In this document: piece by piece, positions 32,443-43,674 of the stretch
Layout: every line of letters starts with the position of its first letter
Numbering within the stretch: position 1 is the first letter of the stretch
Source of the DNA: Obrimoposthia wandeli
Taxonomy: Eukaryota
Length of the DNA stretch: 64,000 nucleotides
Reading direction: 5' to 3'
Assembly (NCBI GenBank): GCA_977020255.1
Contig: CDROCS010000506.1
Span: forward strand, 1,178,001-1,242,000
The notes under the pieces: generated by a model
Databases searched by the model: none
What the model saw: only the letters and a program-made list of their open reading frames with translations
Told to the model about the DNA's origin: nothing
Program-made: the position numbers and the translations under genes

Positions 32443-32472
32443 CTTCTCATTATGTTCAGTAACGCTGAATAG

Positions 32473-33657
32473 TTAAAGTCGCGCAAAACCCGCTTCTAAA
32501 TCAGCAATCAAGTCTGCTACATCTTCCAAACCTATGTGTAAACGCACTAGCGTACCAGTGAAATCTACATCTCCAGCAGGTCGAATACGATTCAACTCTG
32601 ACGCTTGATTCGCCAAGATTAATGACTCATAACCGCCCCACGAATATGCCATGCTAAAATGGGCAAAGTTATCTAAATAGTTAGCCATTTGCTCATTACT
32701 TAATTTGTCTTTTAAGATAAACGAGAACAAACCATTACAGCCATTAAAGTCACGTTTGTAGAACTCATGGCCTTTACAGCTTGGTAATGCTGGATGATTA
32801 ACGCGTTCAACTTCTGGACGAGCGCTTAACCAATTTGCAACTTCAATACTGGCTTTTTCATGCTGCTTTAAACGAATACCCATAGTGCGTAAACCACGGC
32901 TCGCCATGTACGCTGTATCAGCATCAACCATTTGCCCCATTAAGTAGGACTGTTCACGTAATTGTGCCCAGCAGCGCTCATTAGCAACTGCAGTACCTAA
33001 CATATAGTCTGAATGACCAATGATGTATTTCGTACCCGCTTGAATTGAGATATCAATATCATGTTCAAGTGCTTTAAATAACACACCCGCTGCCCACGTA
33101 TTATCCATCATGATAATCACTTGTGGGTTTACCGCGCGCACGGCTTTTACAATCGCAGGAATATCTTGCACTTCCATGGTCACCGAACTTGGTGACTCTA
33201 AAAATACCACGCTAGTATTTGGTTGCATTAACGCTGCAATGCCCTCGCCTAACATAGGATCGTAATACGTCGTTGCTACGTTCATTTTAGCTAACATCAC
33301 ATTACAAAAATCTTGCGTTGGTTCATACGCTGCACCAGTCATGAGGATATGCTCACCCGCGCTTACAAATGACAAGATAGAGTTAGTCACAGCGGCCGCA
33401 CCACAAGGATAAAGTGCGCAACCTGCACCACCTTCTAGTTCGGTCATCGCTTCTTGTAAAGAGAAATGCGTTTGGGTACCACGGCGACCATAAAAAAGTT
33501 CACCGTCTGCACGTTTCACTGTCGCTGCTTTTTTTGCTTTAACTGATTCAAATACAATGGATGATGCGCGCTGAACAACAGGGTTAACTGAACCGTGTGA
33601 GAATTTTCTGTCGCGTCCTGCTGATACCAACTGTGTGGCTAATTTGTCTGAACTCAT
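32473..33657 (-). CDS. metC: Cystathionine beta-lyase
   Basis: [29 protein letters not shown] (PLP Lys), [22 protein letters not shown]. Confidence 0.95.
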   Translation of the reverse strand: MSSDKLATQLVSAGRDRKFSHGSVNPVVQRASSIVFESVKAKKAATVKRADGELFYGRRGTQTHFSLQEAMTELEGGAGCALYPCGAAAVTNSILSFVSAGEHILMTGAAYEPTQDFCNVMLAKMNVATTYYDPMLGEGIAALMQPNTSVVFLESPSSVTMEVQDIPAIVKAVRAVNPQVIIMMDNTWAAGVLFKALEHDIDISIQAGTKYIIGHSDYMLGTAVANERCWAQLREQSYLMGQMVDADTAYMASRGLRTMGIRLKQHEKASIEVANWLSARPEVERVNHPALPSCKGHEFYKRDFNGCNGLFSFILKDKLSNEQMANYLDNFAHFSMAYSWGGYESLILANQASELNRIRPAGDVDFTGTLVRLHIGLEDVADLIADLEAGFARL

Positions 33658-33754
33658 AGTAATGTCTTTCCCTGATTATGCTTGGTCATCATGTCAATAT
33701 AAAAACACAGTAACGAAAGATACTAATCCAAGCAATAAATAATTCCCCATAAAA

Positions 33755-33792
33755 ACAAAACCCCCGCCTATTTAAATAACAGACGGGGGTTT
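33755..33792 (-). terminator. Terminator after the alanine/glycine symporter
   Basis: AAAACCCCCG...CGGGGGTTT stem. Confidence 0.7.
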
Positions 33793-33809
33793 GGGTATTA
33801 TTAATTCAA

Positions 33810-35171
33810 TTACTCTTTCGCAGCATTACCTTGCTTGGCAAAGTACTCTTTCGTTAACTTAAATACCACAGGGCTAAGCAGCGCCAGTGCGATCAAGTTA
33901 GGCAGTGCCATCATCGCATTAAGCGTATCAGCCAACAACCAAACGAAACTGAGTGAACTTGTCGCGCCAATTGGCACTGCAATGATCCACAAGATACGGA
34001 ATGGTACAATCGCTTTCACGCCAAATAGATACTGCACACATTTTTCGCTGTAGAAACTCCAGCCAAGGATCGTAGTGAACGCAAATACCGACAGTGCAAT
34101 AGCAACGATGTAGTTACCAATGCCAGGTAATGCACTCGCAAACGCAGCAGATGTTAATGCAGCGCCTGTTTCACCCGATGTCCACGCACCTGATACCACA
34201 ATAGCCAGACCAGTGATGGTACAAACAACAAGCGTATCAATAAACGTACCTAACATAGCGATAAGACCCTGTTTAACCGGATCATTAGTTTGAGCAGCAG
34301 CATGCGCAATTGGCGCGCTACCTAAACCAGCTTCATTAGAGAATACACCACGTGCGACACCGAAACGAATAGCAGCCCAAACAGCAGCACCAGCGAAACC
34401 GCCTTGTGCAGCAACAGGACTAAATGCGCTTTCAATGATTAATGAAAATGCAGCAGGGATCTCGCTCGCATTCATCGCTAATACAACAACACCAGCACCG
34501 ATATAGAAGATAGCCATTAGCGGCACTAATTTACCAGCAACATCAGCAATACGCTTAACGCCACCCATTAGCACGAGACCAACCAATACCATCATCACTA
34601 AACCAGATACAATTGGTGCAATACCAAAACTACTTGATAAAGCGTCAGCAACTGAATTTGACTGTACTGTGTTACCAATACCAAAACCAGCAATTGAACC
34701 AAAGATAGCAAACGCAGTACCGAGCCAAGCCCACTTACTGCCTAAACCATTTTTGATGTAATACATTGGACCACCAACGTGGTTACCATTGGCATCCGTT
34801 TCACGATATTTAACCGCACAGACTGCTTCAGCATATTTCGTTGCCATACCCACTAACGCAGTACACCACATCCAAAATAACGCGCCCGGTCCACCTAAAA
34901 AGATAGCCGTTGCAACACCAGCAATGTTACCAGTACCGATAGTCGCAGAAAGCGATGTCATTAACGCATTAAACGGCGATATTTCACCTTTGTCACCGGC
35001 ACTCGTTTTTCGTCCCGCCCAAAGTAATTTAAAGCCAGTACCTAATTTTAAAATAGGCATTAATTTCAGTCCCAAGGATAGGTATAGTCCTACCCCAAGA
35101 ATCATGACGAGCATAGGTACACCCCACACGACACTATTTACCGCAGAAATAAAATTTGTTAAAGCTTCCAT
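33810..35171 (-). CDS. Alanine/glycine:cation symporter (AGCS family)
   Basis: ATIGTGNIAGV, GGPGALFWMW, GGPMYY, RGVFSNEAGLGSAP, FIDT. Confidence 0.93.
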   Translation of the reverse strand: MEALTNFISAVNSVVWGVPMLVMILGVGLYLSLGLKLMPILKLGTGFKLLWAGRKTSAGDKGEISPFNALMTSLSATIGTGNIAGVATAIFLGGPGALFWMWCTALVGMATKYAEAVCAVKYRETDANGNHVGGPMYYIKNGLGSKWAWLGTAFAIFGSIAGFGIGNTVQSNSVADALSSSFGIAPIVSGLVMMVLVGLVLMGGVKRIADVAGKLVPLMAIFYIGAGVVVLAMNASEIPAAFSLIIESAFSPVAAQGGFAGAAVWAAIRFGVARGVFSNEAGLGSAPIAHAAAQTNDPVKQGLIAMLGTFIDTLVVCTITGLAIVVSGAWTSGETGAALTSAAFASALPGIGNYIVAIALSVFAFTTILGWSFYSEKCVQYLFGVKAIVPFRILWIIAVPIGATSSLSFVWLLADTLNAMMALPNLIALALLSPVVFKLTKEYFAKQGNAAKE

Positions 35172-35570
35172 CTACATCCCTTCCTTAAGATTTACAATTC
35201 TGACAACGCACATTATCAGGCTAAATATTCAACAAACAGATAAACATAATACCCACAACTGTTTAACATGCAACCAAGTGCTGATAAATCAAGGCAGTGA
35301 AACATAATATTTCAAATGAAAATATCACTGGTTATCATCATAAAATAATTTATAGCATGTCAAAAAAGCGAGCTCGAAGCCTACCAGAGCTGGATTTATA
35401 AAAAATAACACCCTGTTTTATAAATAACTCCTTGTGGTTAGTAAAAAAAGTTAAAAAAAACAAAAAATAAACATCTAGTTAACAGTTCAAGTACGACAAT
35501 ATATAAAATTTTATAAAAAAATGACTTAATAAGACATGTTGTTATTTTTAATGGATCACAAGGTTAGGCC

Positions 35571-37271
35571 ATGAATAATTTAAGAATGCAGAATAAATTA
35601 CTACTGATTGCTATAGTTCCCATGATTATTGCGCTATCAGTTGCACTCGCAATCATCGCTAATTTACAAGCTAAATCAGTCACCAGCATGATCAATAACC
35701 ACGAATCTCTGTTACTTGGCGAACGCCAGAAACAAATCAGTGATGCCGTAAAAATAACGCAAAAAATAATACAACGACAAATGACCATCGCCTCAGCGAA
35801 CAATCTAAATCAACAGCAAAATCTAGCCGATGTACGCGATCTACTTAAACAAGCTCGTTATGGCGACAAAAGCCTCGGTTATTTCTTCATTTATGACAGT
35901 AAAGGTATCAATATTGCCGATGCTTCTAACGATGCTAATCAAGGCCAAAACCGTTTCGCACTGCAAGATAAAAATGGCGTAATGCTGATCCAAGAGCTCA
36001 TCAAGGCAAGCCAATCTGGTGGTGGTTTTGTTGAATATGTTTACCCTAAGCCAGGTACCGATTCACTGCAGCCAAAATTAAGTTATTCAGCGCCAATAGT
36101 CGGTACAGATTGGTTCATCGGCACAGGCGTTTACATTGACGATATTGACAAAGACTTAGCGATCTACAGCGCTTCAGCATGGCAACAACTTTACACACAA
36201 ATACAATACGCGGTTATCAGTGCAGTCGTGATCGTGATCCTCACCAGTTTAATGATGTTATGGATAGCGAAACGTGTTGCTAACCCAATTAACGATATGC
36301 TCAACACCCTCAATGACATTGCTGATGGCGAAGGTGATTTAACCCGCCGCTTAGAAGTCAAAGGCAGTGACGAGATAGCCCAACTGGGTAATGCCTTTAA
36401 CCGATTTACATCGAAATTACAGTGCATTATCAGTTCAGTGGCCGATGTCACTCGCCAAGTCACAGATTCAGCGAGTAGTTTAAGCCTGCAGACGCAAAAA
36501 ACCACAGCGCAACTTACCATTCATAATAATGAAACAGACCAAGTCGTTACCGCGGTGACGCAAATGAATGCCACTGCCAATGATGTCGCTGAAAATGTAA
36601 TCCAGGTCGCAGATGCTACCCAATTAGCAACGCAAGATTCGCTATTGGCGCAAGACAATGTTTCAACATCGAATAATGCCATTACGAACTTAGTTGATAA
36701 CGTCGAACAAGCCAGTGGCCACATGAACTCATTACATGAGCAATCACAAAAGATTGATCATGTATTGCAAGTGATTGGTGCGATTGCCGAACAAACGAAT
36801 CTGCTCGCACTCAATGCCGCGATCGAAGCGGCAAGAGCTGGTGAACAAGGCCGAGGTTTCGCAGTGGTTGCTGATGAGGTGCGTAGCTTAGCCAGTCGGA
36901 CACAAGACAGCACATTAGAAATTAAAGTCATGCTTGATGGTTTACATGAATTTGTCGCCAAAGCAGTAAGTGCGATGAAAACCAGCCAAGAAACCAGTGC
37001 CCATGTGATGCAATCATCGACGCAAATCAGCGGGAGTTTATCTGCTGTTACCGATGCAGTGGATGGTATCAATGATATGACGACACAGATTGCCACCGCC
37101 GCGACAGAACAAAGTTCAGTCAGCGATGAAATAAACCGTAACATGATCAACATTCGCGATGTCGTTACCCAGTTATTAGCATCAAGTCATGAAACGACAC
37201 AAGTTTCTACTGACTTATCAGCAGCTGGTGAGGAATTGGAATTATTATTAGGTCAGTTCAAACTCGAATAA
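35571..37271 (+). CDS. Methyl-accepting chemotaxis protein with a Cache sensor domain
   Basis: TM-Cache (YFFIYD, GGGFVEY.YPKP)-[40 protein letters not shown]. Confidence 0.95.
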   Translation: MNNLRMQNKLLLIAIVPMIIALSVALAIIANLQAKSVTSMINNHESLLLGERQKQISDAVKITQKIIQRQMTIASANNLNQQQNLADVRDLLKQARYGDKSLGYFFIYDSKGINIADASNDANQGQNRFALQDKNGVMLIQELIKASQSGGGFVEYVYPKPGTDSLQPKLSYSAPIVGTDWFIGTGVYIDDIDKDLAIYSASAWQQLYTQIQYAVISAVVIVILTSLMMLWIAKRVANPINDMLNTLNDIADGEGDLTRRLEVKGSDEIAQLGNAFNRFTSKLQCIISSVADVTRQVTDSASSLSLQTQKTTAQLTIHNNETDQVVTAVTQMNATANDVAENVIQVADATQLATQDSLLAQDNVSTSNNAITNLVDNVEQASGHMNSLHEQSQKIDHVLQVIGAIAEQTNLLALNAAIEAARAGEQGRGFAVVADEVRSLASRTQDSTLEIKVMLDGLHEFVAKAVSAMKTSQETSAHVMQSSTQISGSLSAVTDAVDGINDMTTQIATAATEQSSVSDEINRNMINIRDVVTQLLASSHETTQVSTDLSAAGEELELLLGQFKLE

Positions 37272-37299
37272 CGCTTCCAGATCGTTATTTACACATACA

Positions 37300-37363
37300 A
37301 AACGCAAAAAACCAGCCGAGGCTGGTTTTTTCATATTAACTGACTTTCTATTTTAACTGATAA
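37300..37363. terminator. Bidirectional terminator for the MCP gene and aceA copy 2; homologous to 28807-28869
   Basis: AAAAAACCAGCCGAGGCTGGTTTTTT. Confidence 0.85.
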
Positions 37364-37380
37364 TAAAATAGTAACTCTCT

Positions 37381-37422
37381 TGCTCCTCCCCCTTTTTGCA
37401 GGGGGAGGCTGGGAGGGGGTTA
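37381..37422 (-). repeat. GC-rich REP-like palindrome
   Basis: Reverse strand TAACCCCCTCCCAGCCTCCCCCTGCAAAAAGGGGGAGGAGCA, just after the aceA2 stop. Confidence 0.75.
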
Positions 37423-37429
37423 TAATCAG

Positions 37430-39025
37430 TTAGAACTGGTTCATCGTGTTATCTTCGCCGCCAGCTTTCAGTGCTGCATCACCAGCAAAGTATTCTTTAT
37501 GGTCATCGCCCATATCAGAACCAGCCATGTTTTGATGCTTAACACATGCAATCGATTGACGGATTTCTTTACGTTGAACACCCTTAACATAACCCAGCAT
37601 ACCTTGGTCACCGAAGTACTCTTTCGCTAGGTTATCAGTTGATAGCGCAGCTGTATGGTAAGTTGGTAACGTAATTAGGTGGTGGAAGATACCTGCTTCA
37701 CGTGCTGAATCAGCTTGGAATGTACGGATCTTCTCATCTGCTTGAGCTGACAATTCTGTTGTATCGTATTTCTCATTCATCAAGTCTGCACGGTCATATG
37801 CTGACACGTCTTGGCCTGCTTCAACCATGATATCAAAGATTTGTTGACGGAAATTAAGCGTCCAGTTGAATGAAGGCGAGTTGTTATAAACAAGTTTCGC
37901 ATTCGGTACTACTTTACGGATCTCATTAACCATTGCACCGATTTGACCAACGTGTGGTTTCTCAGTTTCAATCCATAATAAATCAGCGCCGCCTTGTAGT
38001 GATGTAATGCAATCAAGGATACAACGTGCTTCACCCGTGCCTTCTTTAAATTGGAACAAGTTACTTGGTAAACGTTTAGGACGTAATAACTTACCGTCTT
38101 GCTTCAGAATAACATCGCCATTACCTAGCTCTGCTTCTGTGATCTCATCACAATCAAGGAATGAATTATATTGGTCACCAAGGTCACCTGCTTCATTCGT
38201 TACTGCGATTTGTTTTGTTAGACCAGCACCTAATGAGTCAGTACGAGCAACAATAACGCCGTTGTCGATACCAAGTTCTAGGAATGCATAACGAACAGCA
38301 TTGATTTTCGCTAGGAAATCTTCATGTGGAACCGTTACTTTACCATCTTGGTGACCACATTGTTTTTCATCAGATACTTGGTTTTCAATTTGGATACAAC
38401 ATGCACCCGCTTCAATCATTTTCTTAGCCATTAGGTAAGTTGCTTCTGCATTACCAAAACCAGCATCGATATCTGCAATGATTGGCACAACGTGCGTTAC
38501 ATGGTTGTCAATTTGGTCTTGTACCGCAGCTGCTTTAGCTGTATCGCCCGCTTTTCTTGCAGCGTCTAGTTCGCGGAAGAAACCGCCTAGTTCACGTGCA
38601 TCTGCTTGACGTAGGAAAGTGTATAGTTCTTCGATTAGATCTGAAACAGATGTTTTTTCATGCATTGATTGATCTGGAAGTGGACCGAACTCAGAGCGTA
38701 ATGCAGCAACCATCCAACCTGAAAGGTAAAGATAACGACGGTCAGTATTGTTTTCAAAATGTTTCTTAATAGAAATCATTTTTTGTTGACCGATAAAACC
38801 ATGCCAGCAACCTAAAGACTGCGTGTACAGTGAAGAATCATTATCGTAGTTTTCCATATCAGCACGCATAATGTCTGCTGTGTACTGTGCAATTTCAATA
38901 CCTGTTTTGAAACGGTTTTGAGCACGCATACGCGCCGTATATTCTGGGTTAATTGCAGACCATTTAGAACCTTGTTCCGCTTTTAATGTAGCAACCGCAT
39001 CGATATCATTTGTGTATGTAGACAT
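37430..39025 (-). CDS. aceA: Isocitrate lyase, 531-aa type, copy 2
   Basis: Same motifs as copy 1; six amino-acid differences; follows aceB. Confidence 0.96.
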   Translation of the reverse strand: MSTYTNDIDAVATLKAEQGSKWSAINPEYTARMRAQNRFKTGIEIAQYTADIMRADMENYDNDSSLYTQSLGCWHGFIGQQKMISIKKHFENNTDRRYLYLSGWMVAALRSEFGPLPDQSMHEKTSVSDLIEELYTFLRQADARELGGFFRELDAARKAGDTAKAAAVQDQIDNHVTHVVPIIADIDAGFGNAEATYLMAKKMIEAGACCIQIENQVSDEKQCGHQDGKVTVPHEDFLAKINAVRYAFLELGIDNGVIVARTDSLGAGLTKQIAVTNEAGDLGDQYNSFLDCDEITEAELGNGDVILKQDGKLLRPKRLPSNLFQFKEGTGEARCILDCITSLQGGADLLWIETEKPHVGQIGAMVNEIRKVVPNAKLVYNNSPSFNWTLNFRQQIFDIMVEAGQDVSAYDRADLMNEKYDTTELSAQADEKIRTFQADSAREAGIFHHLITLPTYHTAALSTDNLAKEYFGDQGMLGYVKGVQRKEIRQSIACVKHQNMAGSDMGDDHKEYFAGDAALKAGGEDNTMNQF

Positions 39026-39109
39026 TTTTATTCCCTTAATAATTATTTTAATACTTGATACAACAAGAACACAGCGGGATAAACTAACCCCGCCCTATTC
39101 CAAAAATTT

Positions 39110-40726
39110 CTAATCTAAGAAATCGTAACCTGGAAGGGTTAAGAACTCAGCAAGATGATCACTGGTTGTTAGCTCTTCAAACAGTTTTGATGCTTCAGCA
39201 AAACGGCTATTTTCGTAAGCTTCAACACCAATTTCTTCATCGCGAATAACCACAAGTTCTTCTTGTAATAATTGGCAGAACAATTCTTTAGTCACAACTT
39301 TACCGTTGCTTAATGTTTTGCCGTGTTGGATCCACTGCCAAATTGATGCGCGAGAGATTTCAGCTGTTGCCGCATCTTCCATTAGGCCGTAGATAGGCAC
39401 ACAACCATTACCCGAGATCCATGCTTCTAAGTAACGAACACCAATACGGATATTTAAACGCATGCCTGTTTCAGTACGTTCGCCATCACACGGTTGTAAT
39501 AATTCAGCCGCAGTAACAGGTGCATCATCTGCACGACTTACTTGAAGTTGGTTGGCATTACCTTCACCAATGTATTCGTTCATCACGCCCATCGCTGTAT
39601 CAGCAAGACCAGGGTGAGCAACCCAAGTACCGTCATGACCATTTTGTGCTTCTAAGGTCTTATCTGCGGTTACTTTGGTTAATACTTTATCGTTTTCTTC
39701 TGCTGTTTTAGCTGGAATAAATGCAGCCATACCGCCCATAGCAAGCGCACCACGTTTGTGACATGTTTTGATTAACAAACGTGAGTAAGCGCTAAGGAAA
39801 GTTTTATCCATCGTTACTGAATGACGATCAGGCAGTACACGGTCAGCATGCTTACGCAGTGTTTTAATGTAGCTAAAGATGTAATCCCAACGACCGCAGT
39901 TAAGGGCAACAATGTGCTCTTTCATGCTATATAGAATTTCTTCCATTTCAAATACAGCTGGGATAGTTTCAATCAGTAGTGTTGCTTTGATCGTACCGCG
40001 ATCTAGGTTTACTTTATCTTCTGCATAGCTAAATACTTCACTCCACCATTTAGATTCGTGATGGCTTTGTAATTTAGGCACATAGAAATAAGGACCAGCG
40101 CCTTTCGCTAACAATTCTTCGTAGTTATTCGAGAAGAATAGTGCGAAATCAACCAAACAACCCGGTACAATTTTACCGTTAAAAGTGATGTGTTTTTCTG
40201 GTAAATGCAGACCACGTACACGACAAATAAGCGTCGCAGGATCTTCATCTAAAGTATAGTGTTTGCCGTTAGCAGGGTTGGTATATTCAATAGTCCCGTT
40301 TACAGCATCACGTAAGTTAACTTGTCCATCGAGTACACCCGCCCAAGTTGGTGCGAATGAATCTTCAAAGTCAGCCATGAATACTTTAACGCGTGCGTTG
40401 AGGGCGTTGATCACCATTTTACGGTCAACTGGACCAGTAATTTCTACGCGACGGTCTTGTAGTTTTGCAGGGATACCTTGAATCTGCCAATCACCTTCAC
40501 GGATATGGGCAGTTTCAGGTAAGAAATCTGGTAATTCGCCAGCATCCATACGCGCTTGTTTTTTCACACGTTGGTTTAGTAACTCATCAACTTGAGGAGC
40601 GAACTTTTCGACTAACTCAGTCAACAAAGCAACTGCTGCAGGATTTAGGATCTGTTGTTGTTCTTGGTTGATTTCCCCATGGAAAATCAGAGAACCTGTT
40701 TCATGAGACTGGGTATTGGCAGTCAT
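39110..40726 (-). CDS. aceB: Malate synthase A
   Basis: DRRVEITGP, MADFED, RVRGLHL, LNCGRWDYIFS, GGMAA, DGTWVAHP, LMEDAATAEISR. Confidence 0.97.
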   Translation of the reverse strand: MTANTQSHETGSLIFHGEINQEQQQILNPAAVALLTELVEKFAPQVDELLNQRVKKQARMDAGELPDFLPETAHIREGDWQIQGIPAKLQDRRVEITGPVDRKMVINALNARVKVFMADFEDSFAPTWAGVLDGQVNLRDAVNGTIEYTNPANGKHYTLDEDPATLICRVRGLHLPEKHITFNGKIVPGCLVDFALFFSNNYEELLAKGAGPYFYVPKLQSHHESKWWSEVFSYAEDKVNLDRGTIKATLLIETIPAVFEMEEILYSMKEHIVALNCGRWDYIFSYIKTLRKHADRVLPDRHSVTMDKTFLSAYSRLLIKTCHKRGALAMGGMAAFIPAKTAEENDKVLTKVTADKTLEAQNGHDGTWVAHPGLADTAMGVMNEYIGEGNANQLQVSRADDAPVTAAELLQPCDGERTETGMRLNIRIGVRYLEAWISGNGCVPIYGLMEDAATAEISRASIWQWIQHGKTLSNGKVVTKELFCQLLQEELVVIRDEEIGVEAYENSRFAEASKLFEELTTSDHLAEFLTLPGYDFLD

Positions 40727-40882
40727 AGTTTCACTCCGTTGAAATATGTGTATTGACTACAATTCGACACTATTTAAACGCTGGAAAAATAACGCCCCAA
40801 TGTTTTAAACATGTGTACGAATTGCTTTCTCTATCTACACATTGCAACAAGTTAACCACAAATGCAACATATTTCACACTAA

Positions 40883-40895
40883 TGACACAGTGTCA
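40883..40895. promoter_or_regulatory. T-N11-A palindrome upstream of aceB
   Basis: TGACAC-A-GTGTCA. Confidence 0.4.
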
Positions 40896-41002
40896 AATTA
40901 TGGTTTTTCACTTTCTTAAAAATCAGCGAAGAATGAAGTGAATAGTGACATTAATAGTGAAGTAAAATGTACTTTCATATGAAGTCGACATTAACCATGA
41001 AA

Positions 41003-41908
41003 TTAGCTGATTGTTGATGTAACCCAATCCGTTACATCGTTAAATACCGCACTCGCATTCGATTCATTCAGCATCTCGTGACGACCATCAGGGTAAAGCT
41101 TACATTGTACATTTTCACAACCATTCGTTGTAATGTGCTGCTCTAATGCTAATACGCCTTTGCCTTGTAAACCGACCGGATCTTTATCACCACTAAAAAT
41201 ATAAATCGGTAACTGATTTGGTATCTTAGCTATCTCTGATTTTTGGCTGATCGTAATTAATCCCGACATAAAATCGAGCCAAAATTGTGGCGAGCATGGA
41301 AAACCACAATAGTCATCATTGATATATTTATCGACTTGTACGGGATCACGGCTTAACCAGTCTGATGCGGTACGTGTCGGTTTGAATTTACTATTGAAGG
41401 CGCCAAATGACACAAAATCTAGAAAACGACTTGGCGAGCGCGCACCAATACGCATTTTTTCAATTTGACTGGCCAAGCTTGCCAATTTATATAACATTGG
41501 ATTTTGGTAATTAGAGCCACTAAGTATTAAGCCACTCAATTTATTACCATGTAAGATCGCATATTGCTGTGCAATAAAAGATCCCATGCTATGACCAAAT
41601 AACACCAGCGGCGCAGCATGACGCTTCGCCACATCATCAACGATAAGATCTAAATCACTGATCACTTTCTGCCAACCATTATCATCGGCGTAATGGCCTA
41701 ATACAGGTGCATCGTCCCCATGACCACGGTGGTTAGCACCATACACTGCAATACCAGCGGCATTACACGCCAAGGCAAAACTGGCATAACGCTGGATATG
41801 CTCAGCCATACCGTGGCTTAATACCATCACGTAACGGATTTCTTGCTCTGGTAACCAAGCAAATAATTTTATCTCGCGACCATCAGCGGCTGTCAGTACA
41901 GAATGCAT
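41003..41908 (-). CDS. Alpha/beta hydrolase (lysophospholipase-like)
   Basis: HGMAEH, NHRGHG, GHSMGS, SGDKDPVG, RHEMLNE. Confidence 0.9.
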   Translation of the reverse strand: MHSVLTAADGREIKLFAWLPEQEIRYVMVLSHGMAEHIQRYASFALACNAAGIAVYGANHRGHGDDAPVLGHYADDNGWQKVISDLDLIVDDVAKRHAAPLVLFGHSMGSFIAQQYAILHGNKLSGLILSGSNYQNPMLYKLASLASQIEKMRIGARSPSRFLDFVSFGAFNSKFKPTRTASDWLSRDPVQVDKYINDDYCGFPCSPQFWLDFMSGLITISQKSEIAKIPNQLPIYIFSGDKDPVGLQGKGVLALEQHITTNGCENVQCKLYPDGRHEMLNESNASAVFNDVTDWVTSTIS

Positions 41909-42043
41909 CCCTATATCCTTATCAATTAATACCCGTTCAGTTAATGACACATATACTCGCATGCTGACCTGGCTTGTAAAGCAAAATTAATCTGCCATGC
42001 GATTTCATCGTCATTGTAATTACATTTGTGTGAGAAACAAAAA

Positions 42044-42075
42044 AGCCTTGTTTATCAATTGATAAACAAGGCTTA
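42044..42075. terminator. Long palindrome/terminator after phoU
   Basis: AAGCCTTGTTTATCAATTGATAAACAAGGCTT with upstream A-tract. Confidence 0.75.
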
Positions 42076-42107
42076 ATTTATTCACTGGCAGGTGCAATAT
42101 AACGCGT

Positions 42108-42815
42108 TTATTTAGCGAGTAAATCTCTCACTTCGTCGTGATTAATATGGCGAATATCTTTACCTTTAACAAAGTAGATAATGTATTCAGAAATGTTCTG
42201 ACAACGATCACCAACACGCTCTAACGCACGTGCACACCAAAGTACATTCAGTACTTGTGGGATTGAACGTGGATCTTCCATCATGTACGTCATTAACTCA
42301 CGAATGATACTTTCGTATTCGCGGTCAACTTTGACATCTTCTTGATATACTTTAAACGCAGCATCAACATCCATACGCGCGAATGCATCCAGTACGTCAT
42401 GTAACATTTTAACCGTATGACGGCCCATGTTTTCCATGCTTACTAGCGGCGGTGATTTCTTGTTACGGTTTTCAATCACAGTACGCGCAATACGGTCTGC
42501 CACATCACCAATGCGTTCTAAATCGGTAATGGTTTTAATGATGGCCATGACCAGACGTAAATCACTTGCTGCCGGTTGACGCTTTGCAATAATACGAGTG
42601 CAAGCTTCATCAATCGCCACTTCCATTGAATTAACGCTTTTATCGGTATCGATGATCTTGTTAGCAGCTTCAATGTCTTGCGACGATAATACTTCAATTG
42701 CTGAATTTAATTGTTCTTCAACTAAACCACCCATCACCATTACTTGGTTACGAATGCTTTCTAACTCTGCATTAAATTGGCCAGAAATATGACGGCCTAA
42801 TGTTAAATTATCCAT
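42108..42815 (-). CDS. phoU: Phosphate signalling protein PhoU
   Basis: [37 protein letters not shown]. Confidence 0.97.
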   Translation of the reverse strand: MDNLTLGRHISGQFNAELESIRNQVMVMGGLVEEQLNSAIEVLSSQDIEAANKIIDTDKSVNSMEVAIDEACTRIIAKRQPAASDLRLVMAIIKTITDLERIGDVADRIARTVIENRNKKSPPLVSMENMGRHTVKMLHDVLDAFARMDVDAAFKVYQEDVKVDREYESIIRELMTYMMEDPRSIPQVLNVLWCARALERVGDRCQNISEYIIYFVKGKDIRHINHDEVRDLLAK

Positions 42816-42847
42816 TTTGTGTCCTTTGCGTATCTTAAAGAGTCAAA

Positions 42848-43666
42848 TTAACCGTATTTACCCGTAATATAATCTTCGGTCTGCTTTTTAGCGGGTGTGG
42901 TAAATAACGTATTCGTGTCAGAGTACTCAACAAGCTTGCCCATATACATAAATGCAGTATGGTCTGATACACGTGCGGCTTGTTGCATATTATGCGTTAC
43001 GATAACCACAGTGAATTTTTTCTTCAGCTCGGTGATCAACTCTTCAATAACCAATGTCGAGATAGGATCCAGTGCCGATGTTGGTTCATCCAACAATAAG
43101 ATTTCCGGTTCAATCGCAATAGCACGGGCAATAACCAAACGTTGTTGCTGACCACCCGATAGACCAAATGCATTTTCGTGTAAACGGTCTTTCACTTCAT
43201 CCCAGATTGCTGCACCACGTAGTGAAGATTCAGCCGCTTCATCTAGACGACGTTTATCATTGATGCCTTGTAAGCGTAAACCATAAACCACATTTTCATA
43301 AATTGATTTAGGGAATGGATTAGGACGCTGGAACACCATACCAACATTACGACGTAGTGTTGCTACATCAACATCACGGTCATAAATATTCTTATCGTGT
43401 AAATTAATATCGCCTTTAATGCGGCAGATATCAACTAGGTCATTCATGCGGTTAATACAACGTAATAATGTTGATTTACCACAACCAGACGGACCAATGA
43501 AAGCGGTGACTTGTTTTTTCGGTATTTTCATACTCACATCAAACAAAGCTTGCTTGTCACCATAGAATAAATCTAAGTTTTTAATTTCTAATGCTGTATC
43601 TGCTGCTGATAAGTTATTAACATCTAAGCTTACTGCATCAGTCAAATTTGAACTCATATCAATCAT
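42848..43666 (-). CDS. pstB: Phosphate ABC transporter ATPase
   Basis: [42 protein letters not shown]. Confidence 0.97.
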   Translation of the reverse strand: MIDMSSNLTDAVSLDVNNLSAADTALEIKNLDLFYGDKQALFDVSMKIPKKQVTAFIGPSGCGKSTLLRCINRMNDLVDICRIKGDINLHDKNIYDRDVDVATLRRNVGMVFQRPNPFPKSIYENVVYGLRLQGINDKRRLDEAAESSLRGAAIWDEVKDRLHENAFGLSGGQQQRLVIARAIAIEPEILLLDEPTSALDPISTLVIEELITELKKKFTVVIVTHNMQQAARVSDHTAFMYMGKLVEYSDTNTLFTTPAKKQTEDYITGKYG

Positions 43667-43674
43667 GTTCTTTC

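Larger units (their letters stand above)
27179..39025. repeat. 1.6-kb inverted repeat pair (aceA1 and aceA2) enclosing 8.6 kb
   Basis: Manual alignment: about 30 substitutions in 1596 bp, no indels. Confidence 0.95.

Noticed and set aside
33658-33809. MetJ operator for metC
   Set aside because: Only one 5/8 match and no tandem array.
34789-35307. 172-aa ORF antisense to the symporter, and other antisense or shadow ORFs (e.g. 22064-22525, 24181-24615, 36191-37153, 53826-54578)
   Set aside because: They mirror well-supported genes and show no motifs or RBS.
35172-35570. Glycine riboswitch before the AGCS symporter
   Set aside because: No GGAGAG...GAAGG...CTCAGG core on the minus strand; the region is just AT-rich.
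27179-39025. aceA duplication as an assembly artefact
   Set aside because: About 30 mostly synonymous differences and distinct flanks argue for two real copies; long reads would settle it.
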